NCBI GenBank assembly: GCA_004764695.1
Contig: SMSO01000032.1
Location: 7,720,483-7,784,482, forward strand
DNA length: 64,000 bases
Direction: 5' to 3'
Source: Schizochytrium sp. TIO01
Taxonomy: Eukaryota; Protista; Bigyra: Labyrinthulomycetes
The notes under the pieces are model-generated. The model did not search any database. It saw only the letters and a program-made list of their open reading frames with translations, and was not told the origin of the DNA. The stretch's first letter is position 1. Every line of letters begins with the position of its first letter. Made by a program: the position numbers and the translations under genes. Below are positions 1 to 12,082 of the stretch, one piece after another.

Positions 1-1044
1 GCTAAGGGTGCTATGCGCCTTGATAAGGACTCACACGAGCGCATCTCTTTCATCATTCGCACCCTCCTGGACCCAACCGTACTTGATGAGGTGGAAACTG
101 CCATCCTCGAAGACTGTCGTCGTGTCTTCACAGATGTTATTGAGCGGGACCGCAAGCTCATCAGGGAGCGTGAGGCAGATGCTGCTGCCGGAGTATCTAC
201 TCAACCGGATGATCTCATTTCATTTCGGCAGCTTAAGGCTCGCCGTGCTCTTGGCACTACAGAGTTTGATCTCGACGACGAGGCATCCCTTTCCAAAGCT
301 GCAGGCGCAAATGATGGATCCGATTTTGCCGAGCAGCTCGCTCATGTACACCAGCTTACGGGATTCTCTGACCCTGTTTATGCAGAGACACAAGTCACCG
401 TGCATGACTACGACATTGTCCTCGACATTCTTGTTATCAATCGCACACCGAACACCTTGTCCAACCTGACCGTGGAACTTTCCACCGTGGGTGACCTCCG
501 CCTCGTGGAGAGGCCGCAGAGCTACAACATTGGACCCAACGCCTTCCGCCGCTTCAAGGCGAACATCAAGGTCTCCAGTACTGAGACTGGACAGATCTTT
601 GGTAACATTGTGTATGATTCCTCGACTTCCTCAGCACACACTGTGATTAATCTCAATGAGATTCCTATTGAGATCATGGACTATATCAAGCCTGCGACCT
701 GCTCTGATGCAGCCTTCCGTGCTATGTGGGCTGAGTTCGAGTGGGAGAACAAGGTTGCTGTGAACACTCTCATTACTGATGTGGATGAGTACCTCGACCA
801 CATTATCGCTTCCACAAACATGAAATGTTTAAGTCGTGGTTCGACTAAGGGTAATGGTCCATGCAACTTCCTTGCTGCTAATCTGTATGCACGCTCTGTC
901 TTTGGCGAGGATGCTCTTGTCAATGTCAGTGTCGAGGCTGTGGGCGGCACGGTTACCGGCTTCTGTCGCATTCGTGCCAAGGCTCAGGGCATTGCCCTTT
1001 CTCTTGGTGATCGTGTCACCTTTATGCAAAAGACCAACAAGTAG
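1..1044 (+). CDS. COPB1: Coatomer subunit beta (COPI), C-terminal part; 5' end lies outside the window
   Basis: Frame is open from base 1. It contains beta-COP appendage motifs QLTGFSDPVYAE, DIVLDILVINRT, IKVSSTETGQIFGNIVYD, FRAMWAEFEWENKV and RIRAKAQGIALSLGD. Stop TAG at 1042-1044. Confidence 0.96.
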   Translation, partial: AKGAMRLDKDSHERISFIIRTLLDPTVLDEVETAILEDCRRVFTDVIERDRKLIREREADAAAGVSTQPDDLISFRQLKARRALGTTEFDLDDEASLSKAAGANDGSDFAEQLAHVHQLTGFSDPVYAETQVTVHDYDIVLDILVINRTPNTLSNLTVELSTVGDLRLVERPQSYNIGPNAFRRFKANIKVSSTETGQIFGNIVYDSSTSSAHTVINLNEIPIEIMDYIKPATCSDAAFRAMWAEFEWENKVAVNTLITDVDEYLDHIIASTNMKCLSRGSTKGNGPCNFLAANLYARSVFGEDALVNVSVEAVGGTVTGFCRIRAKAQGIALSLGDRVTFMQKTNK

Positions 1045-1463
1045 AGGAACCTTCCTACATTGTCAACAGCAGCACTACCATTCCCATTAAGACAACAATA
1101 ATAAAACCTTATAATCAACTCTCAAACCAGAAACTTTATTTCAACTTCACTTGCGGATTTGGACACGTTCTGCGCAAAAACAGCGCTCTGATTCCACGCT
1201 TTTGAAAAAGGTGCACATACGATTTTGCAGATATACCTTTAGTGCATCTGAACCCGGCGTGTTTTAAAGATTTGAGTGATACACGTTAGCTTTGAAATTA
1301 ATTAAAGGCTATCCAGTTCTCAGAAAATATTGCGTTTGGCTATTTAACACAAAACCAACAATTTAAGGAATTTTGCACTTTACAAATTTATAAATTCTGG
1401 TGTTGCATTCAATAGCCAGTTGGCCGCCTAACAATTTTTCATTAAGCATCTCTTCGCCCCCAA

Positions 1464-1501
1464 ACATATGTATATATGTATATATACATATATACATATG
1501 T
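1464..1501. repeat. 38-bp perfect palindrome of alternating purine-pyrimidine (TA/TG/CA) microsatellite
   Basis: ACATATGTATATATGTATATATACATATATACATATGT equals its own reverse complement. Confidence 0.85.
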
Positions 1502-2125
1502 ACATAGTTAGCTCGGTGAAATGTAGCCTTCAAAACACACGCAATCACTTGATGGCAAAAATCTGCTCAACCGGACATCCATATATCACTTCTCCTACCT
1601 AGCACCGAGCACTGCATCTTGGTCCTCGAAGTGCTATGCTTTGACTTTTTTCTATATTTATGTGAGTAGAAGGATTGCTAGTAGGAATAGTCCTTGATCA
1701 GTTAAGGTATGCGTGAACGACCTCTGACAGTATTACACAAATTGTCGCGGCTAATAGGATATGAATTACAATGCTGGGAACTTAACCGAATACATTATTT
1801 CGCCCTGACTGCCACCGTATAAAATAGTTTGTGACACATCTTGTAGGATTTATACTCAGTGAGCCAAGGGCTCGAATAGCCTCGAATGCAGATTTAATGC
1901 TATGAAAACAACTATTATCTAACTGCCACACTTATCGGTAAGGGACGAAATGGAAAAGTTTATGTAGAGGCCGATATAGGTACATATTTAATTTTTTAAT
2001 TAAAATAAAATAGGCTAGGCCTATTACTATCTCTTATTGCTTCTGGTAATTGTGGAAGGTAGATGATTTCTTTTCAAGGTTTAAGGTTAATTTTTTGTTT
2101 GAAATTGAAAACTTGCAATACTACG

Positions 2126-2135
2126 TAGGTACCTA
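2126..2135. promoter_or_regulatory. TAGGTACCTA palindrome, 400 bp upstream of ATG 2526 (putative cis-element)
   Basis: Exact 10-bp palindrome that recurs at 12072, 16009 and 55353; regulatory role is inferred from position. Confidence 0.4.
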
Positions 2136-2525
2136 GGTCCATAGTAGCCGAGTGTTTAAAACACGAAGATGATGATTGATCCAACGGGCTAGCGGTCTAA
2201 TGTTCATTAAAGGAGGGAGAGGTTTGAAGAGTTTTATAAAGAAGTAGTATGTACTCAGTAGGAATCCCTCGAGGCTCATACGGTAGAGCGTAGTAGTTAA
2301 GTTATAAAATTCCATTGCTTTCTTCTGGTCTCGGAATGCAGCTTGAGCTGCTTCAAAACCTTAAGGCATTTCTCCAGCTCCTCTCGCTCCCCTTTCTCTT
2401 TCTACGCTGGTCTGAGAAGTCAGGAGCGACACTGTTGACTTCCGTCGAAGCTGAATGGTATAGAGCTGCTAGCTGTTTTTATCGTTCAAGTTAGTCGTCC
2501 TTGTTAGACAGAAATAAAACTCAAC

Positions 2526-5372
2526 ATGTTGCCGGACGATGCGCTTGACGAAGTTGAAGAGGCAATCCGACGAGCAGAAGAGCTTATGTCCCGTGATTTA
2601 GAGATGCTTACAGCTCCATATTCACCTGATTTAGACGAAGCCGACACCAGCAACGAAGCATCAGCTTTTTTCGAGAGGGGTTTTGAAACAGAAAAGGACA
2701 CTGCTGACACTGCTGCTGCCGACAATAATCATCATCATCAAGAAGGCAATAATGAAGATGATGGCATCAATTATGATGATTATTACTATACAGAGCACAT
2801 CAAAGAGGCTGATTATAGTTTTAGTCGGAAAGGCCCTGATCAGCAGACGCAAGGCGCGGCGATGAATTGGGAACTACTTGCGAAAGGATCTGAACAATAT
2901 ACGTTAGAAAAAGATGGGGGTCTCGATGAGAGCATTGGCAACGGCATGCAAGAACTGGTAGAGGCCCAAGAAGTTCACCGAGCTCGCAAATCAATAGCTA
3001 CGAAGGGACGCCATGATGAATACGACAATGGCATTGAAGGATACGAAGAAGTAACCTCCAAAAATTCTACTATTCTAGATCACTCAAACTCTGCTGAGCT
3101 TGATGTCACCATGGCCAACCCATTTGCTCCTGATGATACAAGCCATAGAAACGAAAAGGATCAAACAAATAAAGGGTTGCAATGTCGAAGCTTTCAAGAC
3201 GGTCTACAGGGACACAATCAACAGACACACAAAACACGATTAAGCAGTAGAGAGGATTGTAGCAGCGCCGCTCCTACAGAACATAGTTCTCTTGAGGAAC
3301 CACGTGAAGGGGGCAAAGAAGGCAAAGAACAAATAAATTTAAGAACCCGCTATCAAAGTCGTGAAGCCCGCGAAGACCTTATTAATCGGCTTTTACGAGA
3401 GCGCGAGGAAGCTATGGCTGCGCGTGCAGAAGTACAACGACTGGCAAAAGAGGTCGAAGATAAAGAACATGAGCAGCGTCAAGTGGAAGAAAAGAGATTG
3501 CAAACCCTCGAAAGGGAGCGCCGCCAAGGAAATCAATTAAGAACTCGTCCCGGAAGTGCGCCAAGCCAAACCCAGGGCCGGCAACGATCGAAATTGAGAC
3601 CGCGTGCCAATAGCGGTATGCACGAAAATGCAAGATTCACCAGAAAGACACTAGACCAAGTGAAAAGAGAGGTTGAGGAGCAGCGCTCTCGGGACTGTAC
3701 ATTTAAACCCAGGCTGAAACCTTACAGAGGCCCGATGAAGAGTAAACTACAGAATGAAACAGGTGTAGACCGCCTTGAACGGCTAGCTCAACCCAAAAGT
3801 GAATACTGGGTCCGTTTTGAAGAAGAAAGGCGGGCAAAAGAGTCAGCTAACCTTCAAGAAACATGTACGTTCCAACCAGACATTTCCCTTGCGCAGCCCA
3901 AAGAAGCCAATTCTGACTGGCAACAAAGGGTGCAACAAGCCTACCGTAATCACGTCCCGGTGGAAAAACGTCTTCACCTAGACGCTAATGAGCGATGGGC
4001 AGCACGTGAGAAAGCCAAACGTGAGCTGGAGGATGCAGAAATGCAAGCCCAACCTTTCCGTCCGCAGGTGAACCCAGTGTCTGAGGAGATCACCAAACAA
4101 ATTAATTACGAGCCCATTGATAAACGGGCCTCACGTGTTCAACGCGAAAAGCAAGAAAAGCTGGTCAAGAAGCAACTAGAGTTTGAGCTCAGCGATGGAA
4201 ACTTGACTTTCAAGCCGGCGATCAGTGAGCAGTCCCAGCGCCTTGCCTTGTTGGCTGCGCTCCGTCGAGGGGAAGCTCCATCTAGAGATGTTGTGGATCG
4301 TCTATTGGCCCGTTCTAACAGTGTTCATGAAAGGAAAAATCATCGTGAACATGAGGCAGCGAGGCAAGAAGAAGATTCGTGTAAAAATGCACCACGGGTT
4401 TCTAGGAACTCCGAGAACCTTTTGCAAGGAAATGAATTATATGATGGCCGCACAGCTTTTGTCGAGCGTCAGATGCGCATGGAGGAACTTCGTAGAGCAA
4501 AGGATCAACAACGTAGAGCAGAGGCTCATGATATGTCCGGTGTGGCAACGTTCCGTCCAAAAACACATCAGCCAGATGCCGTTTTGATTCGAACGAGACC
4601 TGAGCTTCTCGCGGAAACTAAAGAGCAACGCATCGAGCGCCTGGCGCGTCATGATCAAGAACGAAAGGACCGTCTCCATGCTTCTATTCGTGAACACTAT
4701 TACTCCCAGTATAATTTCAAACCTCAAACCAATCGCATATCTTCCGAGATTGTACGTGATACTCGCAAAGTGGGATCCGAACTCTTCGAAGATTTGTACA
4801 GGAACCAACGTGGTCAGATCTTTCGTGCTATGGCTGAATCCCAAGTTGTAGAAGAGTCCCTCAAAGATTGTACATTCAAGCCTAAAACTTTGCATCGTCC
4901 CGGTGCGGAACCTTCTGCTGCAATCCGACTGTCACGATTCAGTGCAGAACAAACGATTGACCATATTGAGCGAGAACGTCGCAAGAAAGAGTTGAGACTG
5001 CTTGAGCAAAAACGAGAACAAGAGTTTGCAGAGCTTCGCGAATGTACCTTCACTCCTGCTGTAAATGTCCCACGATCTGTACCAATTGGGAGTAGCCATG
5101 TGGGGGGACGAGTTGTTATACGAGGGTTGAGTCGTCACTTGGAAAAGCAGGAAATGGCTAAGCGGCAAATAGAGGAACTCCGCGAGAGAGAAGCAAAGGT
5201 GTTTCTACAAGATGCAGATCGCATTCGGCCAGAACCTTACACTGTACCAGAGCCTTTTAATCTTTCTGAAGGCAATGCAAGGCGTAAGAATGGACCACAA
5301 TTTTCCTTCCACCCGAAGACGAATGTACAAACCAAGCGTAAACAGATCGAACACATCCTCAGCCGTAGTTAG
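2526..5372 (+). CDS. Uncharacterised coiled-coil protein (948 aa) with about 10 (C)TFxP repeats; possibly microtubule- or cilium-associated
   Basis: Long ATG-initiated ORF with an acidic, disordered-looking N-terminus. E/R/K-rich helices are separated by DCTFKP, TCTFQP, QPFRP, LTFKP, ATFRP, YNFKP, DCTFKP, ECTFTP, PEPF and FSFHP. Function is inference. Confidence 0.8.
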   Translation: MLPDDALDEVEEAIRRAEELMSRDLEMLTAPYSPDLDEADTSNEASAFFERGFETEKDTADTAAADNNHHHQEGNNEDDGINYDDYYYTEHIKEADYSFSRKGPDQQTQGAAMNWELLAKGSEQYTLEKDGGLDESIGNGMQELVEAQEVHRARKSIATKGRHDEYDNGIEGYEEVTSKNSTILDHSNSAELDVTMANPFAPDDTSHRNEKDQTNKGLQCRSFQDGLQGHNQQTHKTRLSSREDCSSAAPTEHSSLEEPREGGKEGKEQINLRTRYQSREAREDLINRLLREREEAMAARAEVQRLAKEVEDKEHEQRQVEEKRLQTLERERRQGNQLRTRPGSAPSQTQGRQRSKLRPRANSGMHENARFTRKTLDQVKREVEEQRSRDCTFKPRLKPYRGPMKSKLQNETGVDRLERLAQPKSEYWVRFEEERRAKESANLQETCTFQPDISLAQPKEANSDWQQRVQQAYRNHVPVEKRLHLDANERWAAREKAKRELEDAEMQAQPFRPQVNPVSEEITKQINYEPIDKRASRVQREKQEKLVKKQLEFELSDGNLTFKPAISEQSQRLALLAALRRGEAPSRDVVDRLLARSNSVHERKNHREHEAARQEEDSCKNAPRVSRNSENLLQGNELYDGRTAFVERQMRMEELRRAKDQQRRAEAHDMSGVATFRPKTHQPDAVLIRTRPELLAETKEQRIERLARHDQERKDRLHASIREHYYSQYNFKPQTNRISSEIVRDTRKVGSELFEDLYRNQRGQIFRAMAESQVVEESLKDCTFKPKTLHRPGAEPSAAIRLSRFSAEQTIDHIERERRKKELRLLEQKREQEFAELRECTFTPAVNVPRSVPIGSSHVGGRVVIRGLSRHLEKQEMAKRQIEELREREAKVFLQDADRIRPEPYTVPEPFNLSEGNARRKNGPQFSFHPKTNVQTKRKQIEHILSRS

Positions 5373-6364
5373 TTTCCTATCAAGTGAACTTTGTGACTCG
5401 ATTTTGTTGATATTCGTTGTTTTCCTTCCCAAGGTTTCGTCTTCTTAGTCTTTGTTTTAAAATCACAGACTTTCCCTTTTCTCTTGTGAGTATAGGTATG
5501 AAAAGTTAGGGTTTTCTTTCGTTTTATGATCAATGGCCGTTGGTTATTCATCAGTTTCCTCTGGTTGACTTGTGTAGCAAAGAAAGTATTATGAATCTTA
5601 ATTCTTAATTATGTAGTCAAACTTCCAAGCCGAGCACCGCATGGGGTACTCTACTCAACTCATGTAGAGGGCGTACCTAAAATTCGCTTTGTTGGAGAGA
5701 AGGTGATAAAGCATACTATAATCGTACGCCTGGGTAAAACATTCATTTCTCTAAAAAATGAAATAAAGTATTCTCTTTGTTTTGTTCTCAGAATAGAATA
5801 TATACATCCACCTGTCAAGTGAATGTATCATAGGCGGTCACATGCAGGCATCAAACTGTTTTCCAAAGACACCTTTTAGGATACATGCGTCTTTCTAAAG
5901 TTTTAGAGAGGTGATAGAGAAAAGATGAGTTGCTCAATTGAGATTGTAAGATACCTTATGAGATTTGAAATTTTGCTTCTGCAAGAGAGATAGTGATTTG
6001 TCTTTTCCTTCATTTCGATTGGTGAGACGGCTTGCATTCGCCCTTTTACAAGGCTCGTTATTTATGTAAGCACTCCACAACAAACATTTGGTGCTCATTT
6101 TGTAAGTACACTAGTACGCACTGAAAGGAATACCTTTCATTCATTCGAAAGTGAAGTACATGTACACTTCACAGCCTAGAATTTACAGCTTCTACAAAAC
6201 CGTCACTCGGTACACTCCACATAGCTAGACACGTGGAAACAGCCGAGATATGGTGCTTGAGTATCGAAGAAAAGAAGATATCCGAGACGCTCTTGTTAGA
6301 AATGAGTTTGGCTTCGTTATCTGTCGGAAATGTATAGGAGTGAAATGCTGAAGACATAGTTCAA

Positions 6365-7369
6365 TTATTCTGACGTGGGATCACTGACAACAGTACTGAA
6401 GCCTTCGAACGGATCTGCGTTTGATACAAAGCGTTCCGGCTTTGTCATAGTGTCTGGGTACGGGTCAAAGTTAGTCGTGTCGCATGGGCCAGATACCTTA
6501 GGTTTGATAGGTGGCTCCATCTTCCTTGCTAGCAAATTCTCAAAGTTGAGACCAGACAACCATTTATGCTCTTTGATATCAACTGCTCCCCGCTTAAGAC
6601 AACCGTAACGCTTGGTAAGATCAGCTGTAAGAAGCTTCTTGATGAGGTTCTTGGCCTGACGGTCGAAATAGCGCGGAAAGTTAACATTTCCACCCAAAAT
6701 TTGCTGATAGATGCCCATAGGGTCATCATCCACAAACGGTGGCTGACCGGCGAGCATCTCAAAGATGAGAATACCCAGCGTCCACCAATCAACCCCCTTA
6801 CCATGACCCTTGTTAAGAAGTGTCTCAGGGCTAATGTACTCAGGTGTACCACAAAGCGTGTAAGTCTTAAAGAGAACCTTCTTGGCAAAACCAAAATCGG
6901 TAATTTTCATGAAACCTTGATGGTCCAGGAGTAAGTTTTCTGGTTTTAAATCGCGATAGATAATATCGTCGCTGTGCAAGTGCTCAAAAATCAGCGTTAC
7001 AGTCGCTGCATAGAACTTGGCAGCATTATTGTCCAGCTGTCCTACGCGACGAAGATGAGTGAAAAACTCGCCACCGTTCACATACTCAAGGACCATGTAC
7101 AGGAAGCACTCGTCTTGAAAGGTTGCAAAAAGGTTAACAATGAATGGATGCCGTGAGAGACCATCGCTACCCTTGCTGATGCTCTCAAGAATGGACTTTT
7201 CTTGCAACATATGATCAACCTGCTGCAAACGAACGACTTCATTCTTCTTGAGCATCTTGATTGCGCATGAGACCTGAGGGTTAGACTTGTATGTGGCGAA
7301 ACGTACACGTCCAAATGAGCCCGTACCAAGGGTAACACCCAGGTCAAAGTCCTCAAGGTTAAGTGTCAT
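6365..7369 (-). CDS. cAMP-dependent protein kinase catalytic subunit-like (AGC kinase)
   Basis: Motifs GTGSFGRV, AIK, YRDLKPEN, DFGFAK, TLCGTPEY, DLTKRYG, NFDPY and FEGF. First ATG (MTLNLEDF) is at 7369; the ORF track start at 7474 is a TTG. Confidence 0.93.
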   Translation of the reverse strand: MTLNLEDFDLGVTLGTGSFGRVRFATYKSNPQVSCAIKMLKKNEVVRLQQVDHMLQEKSILESISKGSDGLSRHPFIVNLFATFQDECFLYMVLEYVNGGEFFTHLRRVGQLDNNAAKFYAATVTLIFEHLHSDDIIYRDLKPENLLLDHQGFMKITDFGFAKKVLFKTYTLCGTPEYISPETLLNKGHGKGVDWWTLGILIFEMLAGQPPFVDDDPMGIYQQILGGNVNFPRYFDRQAKNLIKKLLTADLTKRYGCLKRGAVDIKEHKWLSGLNFENLLARKMEPPIKPKVSGPCDTTNFDPYPDTMTKPERFVSNADPFEGFSTVVSDPTSE

Positions 7370-8199
7370 GGTCCTGGCGATCTCCTCGAAGCGGTGAAGG
7401 TTATTGGATAGCTTTTTGGTTGTTGAAGACGCGCAACACCTCGCTCCCTGGCTTGTTTGTTTGGCCCTAGGCAACTATTTGCCTGTTACGCTCAGACGCT
7501 CTTCCTCCTAATACTGCAAACCTTGCGGAAAGGTAGCAGAGTTGCTTGTATACGCACGCTCGACACACAGCAGTAGTGTCTCGCCGTTTACAACCACTCA
7601 CGTGGGGCGCGATACTCAGTAAGCAAACCGCTCAGCGAGCAAGAGGTCTTGCTGCAAGTTTTGGTTGGGAGGTCCTGATGATTTTCAAAAGAGGCTTCTT
7701 TTAATAAGAACTTAATTGTACCCAATATTCTAGGTAGGCCTCTATTGTTATGTCTTTTTAGTCAACGAAACCCTCGAATTAGGAATTCACTCAGAACCTT
7801 TAACTGCTTCAAAAGGGAGCAGAAGCGAAAAACGCATAGAGTAAATAATAGAAAAAGAGGACTTATGTTTAATTAATAGAGTTTTTTATTTGTTTTTTTT
7901 ATTTCTTTCTCCGGGGGAGAATAATGTAATGTATTCTGTAAGAGTTTAAAGGAGGTCCATCTCTCATTCAGTTTGCGTGCCCTCATCATTTCTATCCTTA
8001 CTTACATGAAACTAGCTGAAGCTACTGGAGTTGTCTCTTTCACTTGCTTCCACGTTCGTCGATCGATCATGACGTTGAAAATGCAAATTAATATACAGAG
8101 ATTCGTTGACGCCAGTAAACTTGACAGTAGAGTTTTCCATATGCGAGGTTATTGGTACCGTTGAAGTGGTTCATCTACCGGAAAAGATGAATTTCTTTT

Positions 8200-8228
8200 A
8201 GAGAAAAGAGAAAAGAGAAAAGAGAAAA
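8200..8228. repeat. (AGAGAAA)x4 tandem repeat
   Basis: Read directly from the sequence. Confidence 0.8.
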
Positions 8229-9891
8229 ACCAACTTGATTTTTAAAATTATAATATTTAAAATTGCCTCTTTTTACTTTTTTCGCCCTTTTTGTCTTCCT
8301 TTCAGGAAGAGGAATAATTGGCCTAGAAGCAGATGCAAAGTATTAATTGATACAATAGGAGCAATACTAGCAGTGCTCGGTTAAACAAGGCAACGAAAAC
8401 ATTTCTTCAACAGGATTTGGACAAAAACACGGTGTGCGATCTTTTGGTGTTATGGATTGATTGATTGATATGAAAATAAAGTACTCGGGAATTGTTGGCC
8501 TTAGAGTCCTTTCTATGATTTGCTGAGCATAGTTTATGGAGTCTTAACTAAGGTATGAGCATATAAACTAAACTTGAGCTCTCTATTTGTGTAAGAATCA
8601 AAACGTTTTCTTACATGTAAGCAAAGTATGCCGGAGAGGACATACTGTCCAACTCCACTTACGCCTATAGTTGTAGGTCTACTGTAATAGATTAGCACAG
8701 GTAACCTCAAAGTAAAATTGACTCCTACTTAGTAGCAAATTATTATCTCTAGAGTAACCGAGAAGTAACGACAACTACAGTACGGATTTAAAGACAATTT
8801 GGATTCGAAGCTTCCAGTTAATCTGATATAGCCAAAGGTTCCTCATAGCCATGAAAATTGCTTGCCTATCCAAGCATAGCACAGCTGATCAACCTTAAGA
8901 AACCTGGTAGTTGTGCTAGGTTTTAAAACATGTAAAAAGGTTAAATCCATTATTCATTTTTTTTCTAAGTATGTATACTTTACTCATAGATCCATTAATG
9001 GACTATCACGAACAATTATGCTTGCTATCCGTGATTTTTAAAAGTCAATTAGTACTCATTCGAGCACACACGCACTACACCCGTATGTCCAAGATCAAAT
9101 TTAGGTCTTCCAAATTCCATGGAAGCCGTCATTCTCAACTTGTCTTGAACTCAACAATCTCAAATTGAATGCCATAGTAGGCACTTTCTTTACTTTTAAT
9201 ATTTTAAGGTCATAATTCTATCGGTTGGTGCCCGCATGTTGGGGGGTTGATTACAAACATAGTACTTTAAGCTGTACCCACAATGACCATTTTCCCTTGC
9301 ACCAGACACAACAAGAATCTCGGCGCTATGTTTTGGTGGAGAAAGACAGTTATAAGGATAGGCACAGGCTGAACATTTAAACTTAAATTTGTATAATGAA
9401 GTGAGAGAACATAAAGGGCAAAGCTGCCTTAGGAAACGTCTCTTGGTTGTCATAAATCAGACATTAAAACTCTCTTCGTCATGGAAGGACCCTACACAAC
9501 ATCATCGGAAAAGTAGAAGCTTGAGTTATATGGTTCCCGAACAAGGAAAACGAAGTAGGGAAAGAGGTAATGAAGTATGAGATTTTTGGGTCCTGAATCA
9601 CTATTCAATGTCTTTTGCTTCGGAGGCATTTATAGGAACGTCCCCGACGATGTAAAGTTTCTAATATGAGAAATAGAGTTGCCAAGTGTAAAAGATAACT
9701 TTGCTTCTCCATTATAGCGGGAGGAAAATTACCTCGAGCTCTCTTCCTAATGAATTGTGTTGGAAGACCAAAGTCACTTCTTAAATAATCCATCCTATAA
9801 ATTTTCAAGTTTCATAATGGTAACGAATAGGAAACGAAAGAAAAAAAGGGAGAATTCAGGAGGGTTATCAGGAGATCGTCTCCACTCAGAA

Positions 9892-9916
9892 CCCCCCCCC
9901 CCCCCAAAAAAAAAAA
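9892..9916. repeat. C14-A11 adjacent homopolymers
   Basis: Read directly from the sequence. Confidence 0.85.
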
Positions 9917-12070
9917 CGCGGCCAAGGATGAATAAAATAGACTCTCAGTATTTTATTCGGGCCTACACAATTAAGTTGCTTTGATGTCTGAAATAGATAT
10001 TTAGATGTTGTTATGGATCAAACCGGTCCTACTCTACAGATTCTCATTATATTAAAATTAGGACAACACAGTAAGAAAAACTACTACTCCACTTATCTCT
10101 ATTGCGTTACAATAACATACAATGTGACCACAGAAGCTGCACGAACGGAAACTGTAAAGCTCCATTAAGAAGAATATGAATTTTTGCCCATTATTTATGA
10201 GAGGACTTTGAGTTTGCTGCCTTGCCACTGCTCATCTTATGTTGATGAAATCGAAGTCGGTCAATAGAAAATTTCCTTGATTGAGCCTGACAAGCAGGCT
10301 TGCATTGTAATATTAAACTTAATAAGAGTAGTTTTGTTTAAAGTTATAAACAGATTAAGAAAAGCAATTTCTGTGCATGTGTAGGTTGAGTATACACTTA
10401 GGTCTTGCAAGACATGAGTTTGTTCATCATATTGTTGAATTGAGTTTGTAAATACCTTTGCCAGCATGTTTCCGTCGTCCCGATGACACTTTACTTCATG
10501 TTTTATCTAAATAGGGACATTATCCTGAACCTCTTCACATAGGTTAGCTTTTGCCATGCCAGGATGTGAGCATCGACCGTAAGCTATATATTTGTTTGTA
10601 GAATTCTCATGTAGTCAGTTGCATTGAAATGAATTTTCCCAAACCTGTGCTCTGTTAAGCTTGAGGTTCTTTTGTTAAATTAGTGCAAGATGTTAAAGAA
10701 CATCCGGAAGGATCAACAAAAGTATTGTATAGTTATAATTTTAGAGTAGTCGATCTGCTGAAATCGTAGATGAAGGAAAACAAAGGTAGGTGTATTGCAT
10801 AGACTGGAGAAACACGGTTAAATCACCTTCTTGACTTCCAAATCAAAATTCATACATTATCCTGAATTATGTAGTATTCGTTTTACACTTAATTCCTATA
10901 GCTTTACAATTATGTATTTCTTTGTTCAGTTGTTGTCCTGTATGAGTCCTAAATCGATACAGCTTACAATGACGTGTCGAGGACTTTGATAATGACTTGT
11001 TCATATGACCTTTGAATGGTGATCTCAACACAATCTAGTAATGAAAACGAATAACATTATTTATAAAACATTTATAAAACAGGCCCGAGCCTTGACAAAT
11101 TAGTCAATATTGTGTCGCCAGATCACCATGGTGGTAGAGTTATTTTGAGAGAGTTACTTTGGCTATGTTATTATAATTAGCCGATCATCTCGAAGAGCAT
11201 TATGCTAGTAAAAAGCAAGTTCAATATTGGTTTAATCTCATTCCCCCCTAATTAATCAACTAAGTAGCAAATTAAAAACAAAAGTTACCTTGGTAATTCT
11301 ATGATAGTAAAGCTCATAAGCGCAAATGATCAGCATATTTTATCCATAGCATACACAAGGCGTTGGAGCTTTTTACATATTGTTCAAAATGTGTTGCCAT
11401 TCTACTGTGGTGGATTTTTTTTCAAATCTACAAGCGTATCTTGACCTTCAAGTGTCGTTTGCCTGCTGCCAAAGATGAGTGCCAAACTTTGACTTGACGT
11501 TACATTCTAGCAAGGGAATGGAGTAATTGGAGTAGAGGAGCTATCATAGGAACTGAAGCTCAAGAACACCATATCCTTTTATGTCTTGTTTGTTTTTGTA
11601 AAATTCGTAGGTTTGATTTGCTATATTTTACACTTCTTAAAGAGGGCGCAACACTCTCATTAAAGCCATAGGTGCCACAAGCTAGAGTAGATCAGATTGT
11701 GCTAGAACGAGTCCTAGCCACCAAGGTTTTGCAGGCATTCGGCATCCTGGAGAGTGAAGTCATTTCGAAAGGCGAATTATGTTTTTCAATCAGGCAGATG
11801 CTGGTACAATGACATGCATATTTCGAGAAATACATTACAGAGGCAGAGCTTTCACTTTATGTGAATCTGGATTTGGGCTTCAAATGCTATTGACTTGCTA
11901 TTCGAACTGACGGGTAACTTTCTATCTGGCCACTGCTAATGGTTGGCCAAGCCAATCAATCAGTAGTAACCTATTACTATTTACTTAGGTAAGTAGCACC
12001 AATCAACTACTCGGTGTTAGCAACATATTGCCCCTCTCAACTATTAATAGGCATACAGTAGCAGGCACTG

Positions 12071-12082
12071 GTAGGTACCTAC
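12071..12082. promoter_or_regulatory. GTAGGTACCTAC palindrome (orphan copy of the putative cis-element)
   Basis: 12-bp perfect palindrome with no long ORF starting nearby. Confidence 0.3.

Noticed and set aside
6035-6056. U5 snRNA loop-like sequence (cgcccttttaca)
   Set aside because: Imperfect loop match with no supporting stem or Sm site.
9892-9916. C14A11 tract as a retroelement tail or G-quadruplex
   Set aside because: No target-site duplication or element body; homopolymer lengths may also be sequencing artefacts.
8900-11900. Long gene-free region checked for transposon or viral remnants
   Set aside because: The short ORFs show no RT, integrase, transposase or capsid motifs, and I saw no terminal repeats. 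A decayed element cannot be excluded without a search.
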